DNA from: a virus
Taxonomy: Duplodnaviria; Caudoviricetes
Strand: one strand, 5' to 3'
Virus record (IMG/VR): IMGVR_UViG_3300005831_000006
Coordinates: 1-61,072 of that record
Length of the DNA: 61,072 nucleotides
The stretch's first letter is position 1, and each line of letters begins with the position of its first letter. The notes beneath the pieces were generated by a model that was given only the letters and a program-made list of their open reading frames with translations, did no database searches and was not told the DNA's origin. Below, one piece after another: positions 39,730 to 48,714 of the stretch. A program made the position numbers and the translations under genes.

Positions 39730-41859
39730 ATGAATAACAGCAGCGATAACAATGGTAAAAACTTTACTGATAAAACTGATGGAGATTTATTAGATAATAA
39801 TGATGAATTTGTCTGTGATCCTGTAATTAAGGATAATGTTATAAATATGGAGTATGTTTCAAAACCGTTTATTTTGAAAAAACATACTGACGCTTCTATT
39901 CTACCTCAAGTTAATTTCAGCAGTTTCGTCAGTAGATTTATAAATTGTATCTTTAAAGACATGCGTGATGATGATATAATAGTTGGACCGACTGAAGATT
40001 TCGGTTTAACATATTTGGATTTGAAAAAATATGTATCGATGATGGCAGACGACCACATGACTAGATACTTACAACTCTATTATTCCGAATATGGTTCACA
40101 ACCTATAGCATCATACAATAAAAATAAACTTAGAATGGATATTCTTAATATTGCAGCTAGATACATCAATAATTCACAAATAATGATGTATGGTGCGCCT
40201 CAACTTGTATTACCAAAGTTTGAACCTATAGCTCTTACAAAGAGTATCACCAGTGATCCCAATCTTAGGGAATTTGTTGATATAATTTATAACAATTCTA
40301 AGAAAGACGGACAGACTCATTTTGTACATCATAGTATCTCTTATACTGTAGTCGTTCATAAATCTATAGAGAATGAAAATGATTTTCCTGTCTTTGTTAG
40401 ATCTAATGGGGATTTGGATATAATTCAACCTATTGTTGATACGACGGTAAGTGAGGGAATTCACATATTCCAACATTCTCATCGAGCTGACGGAATTTCA
40501 GGTAATAGAGTTAAATTACCTGAAGGTAGGAATGTAGTATCAAGTGATGTATTAAGTGGAGTATTCTTTAGTTCATATGAAACTTTTAGAGAAATTTATA
40601 AAGAAAAGTATGACGAAGAATTCAACAAAAAAGGTAGTTATGATAAATTATTCAATATCAGTAAAATGACCGGTAAATACCTTTTCGATTATACAGGAAA
40701 TGGATCACACGGATTGACATCATCAATAGTAGGTTATTCACTAAAGAGAAAAAAATTCTATACTTGTTCTCCTGATAGTGGTGTAACTGAGATTATTAAT
40801 GTAACTCCGAATGATACTATTGACGGTAGTATAGATCAGGATTTTACAAAAGTTATCTATGAAGCTGGTTTAACAGAGCGGTTATTGATGGATAATGATT
40901 ATATTATCAGAACTACGATTGTCAGACCAGGTTGTAGTGGGGTAAAATATAAAACCACATATGTTGAAAAAATAGCACTTAGTCTACGATGTGGTTTAAA
41001 TGATCTTAGAAATTCAATTTCGGATAATGATTTAGCGGTTTTCAATGAAACTGGTTTAGCAATTTTCTCGACAAAAGAAGCTGCTGAACGTTGCATGATT
41101 CACTCGAAAGGAGATATTCACAAATATATTCATTACATCTATAATAAGATATCATCTAAAGGTGAAAAGAATGCCTTTGTTGAATCGCTTAAAAATGCAT
41201 TATTGGTTGGAGCTGGAGCTGTAATTCCCAAAGTAGTAGAGTCAATTGTGGGAAAACCTAAAAAGGAGACTAAAGAAAAAAATATGAGTATAATGAAATC
41301 AATGCTCCCACCAATAGCAGCCGGAATCGGGAAAATATTCAGTATAAATTCAGATGGAAAAATATTCGAATCGATATTAAAAATAACAAACACAATTTTG
41401 AAAGGGTACGCTACTATGAACATCGTCAAAAATATCTTCAGTGGCATCAAATTCCTTGGTGCAAATGCCGGTAAAATCGCAGGTAAAGTCAAATCAATAC
41501 TGCAAATGATTTTGAATCTCATTGTCAATTTTGGGAAAAAAGGATGGGATATTATCAAATCCATATTCGGTTCAGTTGTAAATGGGGTTAAAATCCTCTT
41601 CGATTTCAATATACCGATAATGGATAAATTCAAATTACTTTTCAACTCAATCCTGGGCGCAGGAAAATTTATTGTGAATGGAGGTGTAAATATCGTAAAA
41701 TCCGCATTCAGTACAGTAAAGAAAGGTGTCAGTATCGTTGTAAATTTCGTGGCAAATACCGCGAACAAGGTTTATACATGGTTTACCGGTTTATTCAAAA
41801 AGACAGAACCGATGTCAACCAACCATTCCGCAGAGGGCGCATCAGCAGCGGCAGCTTAA
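39730..41859 (+). CDS. hypothetical protein with long C-terminal amphipathic helical region
   Basis: 709 aa; TATATAT motif at 39640; terminator at 41886-41922. Confidence 0.65.
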   Translation: MNNSSDNNGKNFTDKTDGDLLDNNDEFVCDPVIKDNVINMEYVSKPFILKKHTDASILPQVNFSSFVSRFINCIFKDMRDDDIIVGPTEDFGLTYLDLKKYVSMMADDHMTRYLQLYYSEYGSQPIASYNKNKLRMDILNIAARYINNSQIMMYGAPQLVLPKFEPIALTKSITSDPNLREFVDIIYNNSKKDGQTHFVHHSISYTVVVHKSIENENDFPVFVRSNGDLDIIQPIVDTTVSEGIHIFQHSHRADGISGNRVKLPEGRNVVSSDVLSGVFFSSYETFREIYKEKYDEEFNKKGSYDKLFNISKMTGKYLFDYTGNGSHGLTSSIVGYSLKRKKFYTCSPDSGVTEIINVTPNDTIDGSIDQDFTKVIYEAGLTERLLMDNDYIIRTTIVRPGCSGVKYKTTYVEKIALSLRCGLNDLRNSISDNDLAVFNETGLAIFSTKEAAERCMIHSKGDIHKYIHYIYNKISSKGEKNAFVESLKNALLVGAGAVIPKVVESIVGKPKKETKEKNMSIMKSMLPPIAAGIGKIFSINSDGKIFESILKITNTILKGYATMNIVKNIFSGIKFLGANAGKIAGKVKSILQMILNLIVNFGKKGWDIIKSIFGSVVNGVKILFDFNIPIMDKFKLLFNSILGAGKFIVNGGVNIVKSAFSTVKKGVSIVVNFVANTANKVYTWFTGLFKKTEPMSTNHSAEGASAAAA

Positions 41860-41885
41860 GTCACATCATATCATCAATATTAATT

Positions 41886-41930
41886 GGTTAAGGGGGGAGG
41901 TTATCCTCCCCCCTTAATTAACCTCTTTTT
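41886..41930 (+). terminator. intrinsic terminator
   Basis: TAAGGGGGGAGG-ttat-CCTCCCCCTTA hairpin. Confidence 0.75.
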
Positions 41931-41973
41931 ATCTAAATAATAAAAAATAGGAGGATTTCTCCCCCTATTTATA

Positions 41974-44900
41974 CTATTTAAATGAATTGAGATATTCCTT
42001 TGCTATCTGTTTAGACCTCTCAACTAAACAATGAGCCATAGTACCATACATCAAGATCGCATAACACATTCTATTTGTAATAGAAAATATCGATATACAT
42101 CCATCAAGTACGACACCATCTTCAGTGATTGGTTCCTGACCTTTTGGTATAACCTGGGCTACAATATTTTTCAAATTAGCAAAACATGTAGATTTATCAC
42201 CGACACCCATAGGAGTTTTATGAGAGATAAAATACTCTACTAATACAGCACCATCATTATTTACAACAGCACCATTTATTCTTGATGTAGTACCTGTTTG
42301 AGTAGGTTTTGTTGGTTTCAACATATTTTCCATTGAAACTGTACTTACACCATTTAGTTTATTATAAGCTATTTTCTTCTTTATACTCTTTTCCCACTCT
42401 TTAATAAATTTATATAAAGAATCAGTTAATTCCTCTAAAGGAACTGTGAAATATACTTTAATATCAACTATTTCACCAGTTGCATTTGATTTAGGCATTT
42501 GTTTAGCTGAATCTAGGATTGATTGATCTACATCACCTAGACTTGCTAACAATTCTGAAGTATAATCATCTTCACTATCTTCAAATGTAATTAGTGGATT
42601 ATATTTGTATACATAATCTCCTAATTTTTTATATGTTATCAAGTTCGTATTCTTTGACAAACTTATTTGTTTTCTCATTATAACTGTAGTACCCATTTTA
42701 TCAGCAAGGGTTTGAGTTATAGATAAACTATCTTCATCTGTAGTAGATTTTTCATGCATTACAAATTTAGCAAGAGTACCTTGAGTATTTCTCACATCAC
42801 CAAATGTATCTTTTTTGAAGAAATCTTTCTCATAAGCCAATATATCACCTTTTTTGATTTTTTGACCTTGTACTACATTTGGTATTATTTTATTTCCAAA
42901 GAAAAAAGAACTATTTCTTTGAATATCCATACCTAAATTAATAGATTCTTTACTTCCATCATCATATAATACAATGATAGTTCCGGTACTCTCATCCATT
43001 TTTTCAATAATACCCGTACCTTTTGCTTTAGGAACATAAGTTTCTCCTACAATATACGGAGATATCATGTCCATTCCGGTAGATATAATTGGTATAGATG
43101 CATTGTTGATTTTTATAATATGTTTTGTTTGGGTTGATGCTATTGATATACGTTTTGGATCATCATGAAAGTTAAGAAATGGGGCATCAAGCTCTTCTGC
43201 AGATGCTAAATTACCAATTTTCAACTTATCAATATCTGAAGAATTTTTAGTAAAATCAATATAACCACGTGTAGATAAAATTTTAGGATTCAATGTTAAA
43301 TGTTTAACAATACCTGCACCTGCTCCATCAGGAGAACTTACAGCCATAACTCCTATAGCACTATAATCAAATGAACGTTTTGCAAGATTGAAAACTCTGT
43401 CGTTATTAACTCCGCCAGGTCCTTTAAATGTAACTATCGATTTATTTTTTATTTCATTTATCGGATTTGTAGCATCGTAATTTTCAAGAATAAATGACTT
43501 ATGAAGAGCAGTCATTAATTGATCCTGTTGTATTGACATTCTACCCATACCACTACTATTTTGTTTATAGATTCTGTATTGGGCTGATATCATTTTATAA
43601 AGAATTACTGATATATTCTCATAACCACGTACACGATAATTCTCAAGATCTATTTCATTCTTATAGGAATTATCGATAAGTAATGAATTAGCATATAAAA
43701 ACAGTTCAAGAAAATCAGTAGGTAATTTAAGATCTTTTAAGATTTCTTCAGTAATTGGATCAATAAATAATTCACGAAATGCAGTATGACCTTTATATAC
43801 ATTTCTAGTTTTAAGTGTTTCATAAAAGTAATCTATATACGGTCGCTCTGTATCAAAATCGGCAAATGTATATTCCTCAGTACTCATATATGATAATCCA
43901 TTTAATAATAATGAAGCAGAAATATTTTCATCATTATAGTAGAGATAACCATCAGAAAAACGTATATATAGTCTCGTATCCTTTATAATACGTTTTTCAC
44001 TAAATTCAACATTAATTTTTTCTGTATTTAATATTTTTGATAGTCCGAATAATCCTCCAAGAAAAGATACTAAAGGAAATTCTCTACTTTGTACCATTAT
44101 TCTTGTATACATTCTTCGTTTGACTATATTCATAGTCGCTATTTTATCATATATATCAGGTATTACATTTAAGTCACGAATACTATCAAAAATATAATCA
44201 CATACGCTTTTTTTATCATTCTCGATATTATATTCTATGATAGTCCAAGTTTTCCAGTTAATACCTATAGGTAACATATTTGATTTAACTACATATGATG
44301 GAAATTTATTTTTTATCAGATTCCTTAAATCTTCCTGATTAAATATAAATTCGATAGATTTCATTTTATCGAAACCAACTATGAATTTATAATATTTACT
44401 CGCTATTACATCGTATTCAATAGTAGTAATGTAATTTTTATTATTCTTTTCATTATCCCCGGAAAAGATTTCAAATCCTTTAGTTGTAAGAAGATCTTTA
44501 CTTAGGAGTTTAAATAAAGATGAAATTCCTCTAGTAAGAGTAGAACCCTGTCTATATATGAAGCATTTATTATAACTTGATGAAATAATTACCTCATCAG
44601 GTTTACATTTCACCACAGGTAAAAATGTTAATTGCTTCTTTAATAATTTTCTGTTTCCTGATATCATTAGGAAACCATCATTGTCAACTTTTGGTATATC
44701 AATCTTAATGCTATGATTTTTCTGACGTTCATCAATAAATTTAAATACATATGTGTATTTTGATGTAGTTTGATCTGATGTATCATCTTTTGTAACATCA
44801 ACAATATGCATATTGACTGATTTATCAGTACTAAGAGATTTTACCATTGATAAGATATCGTGTTCCATCGTATTTTTCACGTATGATTTCTCAAAATCAA

Positions 44901-46398
44901 TAAGTGTCGAATTTTGTACAGATGGGTCATTAGAAACAGTATTTACACTCAATGTCCTCTCTATTAACTTAGCTTTAGTATCAGCCAATATTTCAGGGAT
45001 ACTTCTCCCATCAATAAAAATGCTTTTATACTTCTCTTTAGCAATATCGAGTCGTTGACGTTGAGCTTTAGTCATAGATGGTTTTGTTCCAACACCTACG
45101 GTATCTAATATCGATTTAATATCTTTAGTATCAGTTGTATCACCAGTTTTTCCACCGTCTTCAGTATCCTCAGTATCATCAAGCATACCTGTATCAGTTT
45201 CATCTTCTTGTTCTTCTGGAATTTCATCTTGTTCAAGATCATCAAGAACGGTGCTAATATCAGCATCATTATCAGCAATATCTTCTTCATTTATATCCTC
45301 ATCGACAGTGTCTTTTTTATTGATTTTATTTATAGCTGATAATCCGTTAGTTAGACTACTCTTATTTATAACATCGATAAGATTATCTAATTCATCGTCT
45401 TTCAACTCTGTTTCTGAATCATTATTTTTGATTGCTATAATTTCATCATCAGTAACTTCTTCTTCTACATCTTCAGTAGGAGATATATTAGTAGATATTA
45501 TCTTTTGAAATAGCATTTTCATTCTAAGTAACATCTGATTACCGTTAAGTTTTTTAACATTTTCATCTTCAGATGTGTTATATAAGAAAGAAATACCTCT
45601 ATTATTATAAAAAACAATAGAAACATCTTTTAATATTTCATAAATAGTGGTTAATGTTTTATCTTCCTTATAATTCATACTACCAGCTATTAACGATCTC
45701 ATAATAATCATCGGTATATAATTATCCAGATTGGTTTTAACCATTCTAGGAATTGATATAACTGATGGATTTAAAAATTTAACCATGCTCTGTGACATAG
45801 TTTTCACATTGATACCCATTAAAACCAATTTATGCACAGATGTTACACCTTCACCATACATAAACATACTTGTTTTGATAACTGTATTATCTTTATTAAT
45901 AGGATTGATTAAAACAAATTTTAACCATTCTATTATAAATGTATCAACATTCCTGAAAGCAAGTGGAGAATTCCATTTTTGAATATTATTAAATTCTGGA
46001 AAAACAGATGAGAGTATACTACTAAAATCGTATAAATAATTTCTTTTTACACGTTTAAAATATGTACTCTTATTTACTTTAAGAGAACTGAGTAAATCTG
46101 TAAGATCAAATAACTTATTAACTACTCTAATTGGTTTTCTCTCAAACATCATCTCTTTTAATCGTGCAATTTTTGGAATCCAATATAAGAAAACTTTTCT
46201 TCCATAAGAAAAACCTAAGATACACTTAACACCCTCTGCTATCGATTCTTTAGTGCGTTCAAATGGAAAAACTACACCTACATCATTTTTATTAATCGGT
46301 TTTAATCCGTCTTTATAATTTTCACCACTTTTAAGCTTGCGTAGACGCATACTCTTATAAATTGGTAATATAGCTTGTTTATTAGATGGTTCCATCAA
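41974..46398 (-). CDS. phage multisubunit RNA polymerase beta subunit (probably virion RNAP)
   Basis: FKGPGG, SPDGAGAGIVKHLT, HDDPKRISIASTQTKH, TDEDSL and GDKSTCFANLKNIV...DG...NRM correspond to RpoB regions; long phage-specific N-terminus with an acidic insert. Confidence 0.9.
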   Translation of the reverse strand: MMEPSNKQAILPIYKSMRLRKLKSGENYKDGLKPINKNDVGVVFPFERTKESIAEGVKCILGFSYGRKVFLYWIPKIARLKEMMFERKPIRVVNKLFDLTDLLSSLKVNKSTYFKRVKRNYLYDFSSILSSVFPEFNNIQKWNSPLAFRNVDTFIIEWLKFVLINPINKDNTVIKTSMFMYGEGVTSVHKLVLMGINVKTMSQSMVKFLNPSVISIPRMVKTNLDNYIPMIIMRSLIAGSMNYKEDKTLTTIYEILKDVSIVFYNNRGISFLYNTSEDENVKKLNGNQMLLRMKMLFQKIISTNISPTEDVEEEVTDDEIIAIKNNDSETELKDDELDNLIDVINKSSLTNGLSAINKINKKDTVDEDINEEDIADNDADISTVLDDLEQDEIPEEQEDETDTGMLDDTEDTEDGGKTGDTTDTKDIKSILDTVGVGTKPSMTKAQRQRLDIAKEKYKSIFIDGRSIPEILADTKAKLIERTLSVNTVSNDPSVQNSTLIDFEKSYVKNTMEHDILSMVKSLSTDKSVNMHIVDVTKDDTSDQTTSKYTYVFKFIDERQKNHSIKIDIPKVDNDGFLMISGNRKLLKKQLTFLPVVKCKPDEVIISSSYNKCFIYRQGSTLTRGISSLFKLLSKDLLTTKGFEIFSGDNEKNNKNYITTIEYDVIASKYYKFIVGFDKMKSIEFIFNQEDLRNLIKNKFPSYVVKSNMLPIGINWKTWTIIEYNIENDKKSVCDYIFDSIRDLNVIPDIYDKIATMNIVKRRMYTRIMVQSREFPLVSFLGGLFGLSKILNTEKINVEFSEKRIIKDTRLYIRFSDGYLYYNDENISASLLLNGLSYMSTEEYTFADFDTERPYIDYFYETLKTRNVYKGHTAFRELFIDPITEEILKDLKLPTDFLELFLYANSLLIDNSYKNEIDLENYRVRGYENISVILYKMISAQYRIYKQNSSGMGRMSIQQDQLMTALHKSFILENYDATNPINEIKNKSIVTFKGPGGVNNDRVFNLAKRSFDYSAIGVMAVSSPDGAGAGIVKHLTLNPKILSTRGYIDFTKNSSDIDKLKIGNLASAEELDAPFLNFHDDPKRISIASTQTKHIIKINNASIPIISTGMDMISPYIVGETYVPKAKGTGIIEKMDESTGTIIVLYDDGSKESINLGMDIQRNSSFFFGNKIIPNVVQGQKIKKGDILAYEKDFFKKDTFGDVRNTQGTLAKFVMHEKSTTDEDSLSITQTLADKMGTTVIMRKQISLSKNTNLITYKKLGDYVYKYNPLITFEDSEDDYTSELLASLGDVDQSILDSAKQMPKSNATGEIVDIKVYFTVPLEELTDSLYKFIKEWEKSIKKKIAYNKLNGVSTVSMENMLKPTKPTQTGTTSRINGAVVNNDGAVLVEYFISHKTPMGVGDKSTCFANLKNIVAQVIPKGQEPITEDGVVLDGCISIFSITNRMCYAILMYGTMAHCLVERSKQIAKEYLNSFK

Positions 46399-46423
46399 AA
46401 AACTCCTTGAATATTTAAAATAC

Positions 46424-47035
46424 CTATATAGCCCATTGATATGTTTTGATAGAATCTACGAAATTTCTACAACCATAATATGATTTCATATTTTTAACAA
46501 ATCTACTATATTTCATCCATATAAATCCATTATGTTCAACTATATTATTACATAATACAGGAAGTAATTTACTTTTATCGAAATATAGATTAGATATAAA
46601 GTCAATACTTGGAAAAATTCTTATTACACTACTTCCTTGTATTTGAACGATAGCATTAGTTTTAATTTTAATAAAACCTCTAGTATCTAATCTTTTTTTC
46701 TTAATATATGGAATATTATCTCGATTATATGATTCGTTACTAGTTGTGTTATTACTATAGATAGCATTATCTATATCATAATCAGTATTACCAGGAACAG
46801 CTACTTTTAAGAAATATTGTTCCCTGTCAGTGAAGTTAAAATAACCATCAAGTAATGGTACATCTGACATAAATCTCCATATACCCATATCAGAATAAAT
46901 ACCACCGTAAGAATCTATTTCACCTCTACAACATTGTAAAACTTTATCTCTATCATACTCTTTAGAATCTATATGTGAAATAGATTTATAAACGTTTTCT
47001 ACATTCCTTGTTAGGAAATTTATTTGAATAATCAT
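46424..47035 (-). CDS. degenerate two-NUMOD1-domain protein
   Basis: IIQIN...YKSI...VLQCCRG...WRF and IVQIQ...FPSI...VLCN....NGFIW; no HNH motif. Confidence 0.55.
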   Translation of the reverse strand: MIIQINFLTRNVENVYKSISHIDSKEYDRDKVLQCCRGEIDSYGGIYSDMGIWRFMSDVPLLDGYFNFTDREQYFLKVAVPGNTDYDIDNAIYSNNTTSNESYNRDNIPYIKKKRLDTRGFIKIKTNAIVQIQGSSVIRIFPSIDFISNLYFDKSKLLPVLCNNIVEHNGFIWMKYSRFVKNMKSYYGCRNFVDSIKTYQWAI

Positions 47036-47206
47036 TTTTTTCTCATAAAAAGTAGTTAAATTACATTATTTATTATCATATTTCGCCATTTATCAAAATA
47101 TATATTCCATTTTATGCCCTTTTTAAAACCCTTAATTATATATATAGTATTTGCGAAGCAAATCTGAGCGAAGCGACACAACCACAATTCTATGTAGGAA
47201 ACCAAA

Positions 47207-47247
47207 TATAGACAGATACGACTCTCAAGGAGTCGTATCTATCTATA
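47207..47247. other. long hairpin in an intergenic strand-switch region
   Basis: TATAGAcAGATACGACTC-tcaag-GAGTCGTATCTaTCTATA, 18-bp stem with one mismatch and no T-tract. Confidence 0.85.
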
Positions 47248-47384
47248 CCATTGAAATCAATCTAATGATTATAATCGTTAATCATCGCATAGAAAGAAGG
47301 GAAAATCCAGTTGAGTGGAAAAGTGGATTACCCAAAAAATTTTGATATATTAGGATAAATAAAGATTTCTGCAAGAGATAGATA

Positions 47385-47432
47385 AGTTTCTTATTAGTTA
47401 GTAGTTTCTTATTAGTTAGTTATTAGTTTCTC
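47385..47432. repeat. tandem 18-bp repeat AGTTTCTTATTAGTTAGT x2 plus a partial copy
   Basis: read directly at 47385-47402 and 47403-47420, then TATTAGTTTCTC. Confidence 0.9.
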
Positions 47433-47598
47433 AATAGGTTTAATTTAAAAATATTTATAATATAAAATATTAATAGATTAAAGTTACCAAACCGTATATT
47501 GTATATAATATATGGGATATCAATCAAAATAAATTAAACCTTTATTGGATTAATTTTACTACACACAATGTTTGTACTACTTATGAAAGGGTGTTTTT

Positions 47599-48678
47599 AT
47601 GAAAACTCTCAAGGTATCTGAATTCAATAACATTATGACGACAAAAAAAGTCGAAATGAGATTCTGTAACAAAAGTAATGTAGCAGTATTCGGTTATGAT
47701 GAGAAAGAATCTGATGAATCAGAAATAATCTTTCACGAGGTACAAAGTGATACTATAAAGTCAATAAAATTCTATGTAAGAGTTATATTTGATGTACAGT
47801 TATTCAATTATAACATAATTGATATTATTGTTGATAAAATGGCTCAAACATTGAAAGAATTCTACTCTTTAGATCCGGATAACTCTTCCAATGAAGATCC
47901 TAATTCGAATATATCGTTTAGTGGACCTGTATATAAAGTTGGATCTGGTGCTAAACAGATTACGACTTGGTTGAATGTTGATATTCCATACATTATTGAT
48001 AATCTTCAAAATGTCAATGAGTATATCAATAAAATTGTCGCATTATACAAAGAATATTGTGACAAATTTGAAATAACTGGTAATGATGTATTCTTTGTTG
48101 CTAAGTTGCTTGCAAAAACCACTCTTTATACAGAAGGTGAAGATAGTTTTACAACATTATTGATTGCGAACTATCAGCAACCAAATTCATATGTACCGAA
48201 TGTTGAGATTAACATAATGCCTCCAAAAGATATTGTTATCTTTGAAAAAGATAATGAGACAAATATGGGGTGTAGAGTTGCGATCAATAATCATAATGGT
48301 GAAGATAAAAACTGGACTACTGAAACAATTTTTGATGATAAAGTTCGGTTTCTTGAGTTATCTGTACAACGTTTAATACAAAAAGAAGCCAAATTCATTG
48401 TCACTCGTCTGGTATCGAGATCGATAAATATATCCAGAAAAGACAGGAATAAAAACAAGTATCTAATTAAGTATGATAAGGGTAACATTACAGTGGCTGA
48501 AATTATGGTTGAAGTATCTGAATACCAGAAATCGACTTGTGTATTATCTGAATATATATCAAACTTCCTTAAAATAAATACACTATTATCGGCCAGATCG
48601 ATCAAAAATGTAATCGGTATGTTTGGTAAATCGATGGTGACTAAAATGAATAATGTATATGGTCAGTGTCAAATTTAA
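47599..48678 (+). CDS. hypothetical protein upstream of DnaB
   Basis: 359 aa, GAAAGG RBS. Confidence 0.6.
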   Translation: MKTLKVSEFNNIMTTKKVEMRFCNKSNVAVFGYDEKESDESEIIFHEVQSDTIKSIKFYVRVIFDVQLFNYNIIDIIVDKMAQTLKEFYSLDPDNSSNEDPNSNISFSGPVYKVGSGAKQITTWLNVDIPYIIDNLQNVNEYINKIVALYKEYCDKFEITGNDVFFVAKLLAKTTLYTEGEDSFTTLLIANYQQPNSYVPNVEINIMPPKDIVIFEKDNETNMGCRVAINNHNGEDKNWTTETIFDDKVRFLELSVQRLIQKEAKFIVTRLVSRSINISRKDRNKNKYLIKYDKGNITVAEIMVEVSEYQKSTCVLSEYISNFLKINTLLSARSIKNVIGMFGKSMVTKMNNVYGQCQI

Positions 48679-48714
48679 ATAATCCTATCATTTTAAATCT
48701 TCGGGGTAGTAATC

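Noticed and set aside
41139-41768. 209-aa antisense ORF opposite the amphipathic region
   Set aside because: Mirror of the biased sense-strand codons; no RBS
33393-46398. Group I introns or inteins in the polymerase and RNAP genes
   Set aside because: Both frames are continuous, and no intein splice motifs or intron-like interruptions were seen
47151-47345. 64-aa ORF in the origin-like region
   Set aside because: TTG start with no RBS, and it runs through the long hairpin; more likely non-coding
47385-47432. Possible CRISPR mini-array
   Set aside because: Repeats are directly tandem with no spacers, and no cas genes are present
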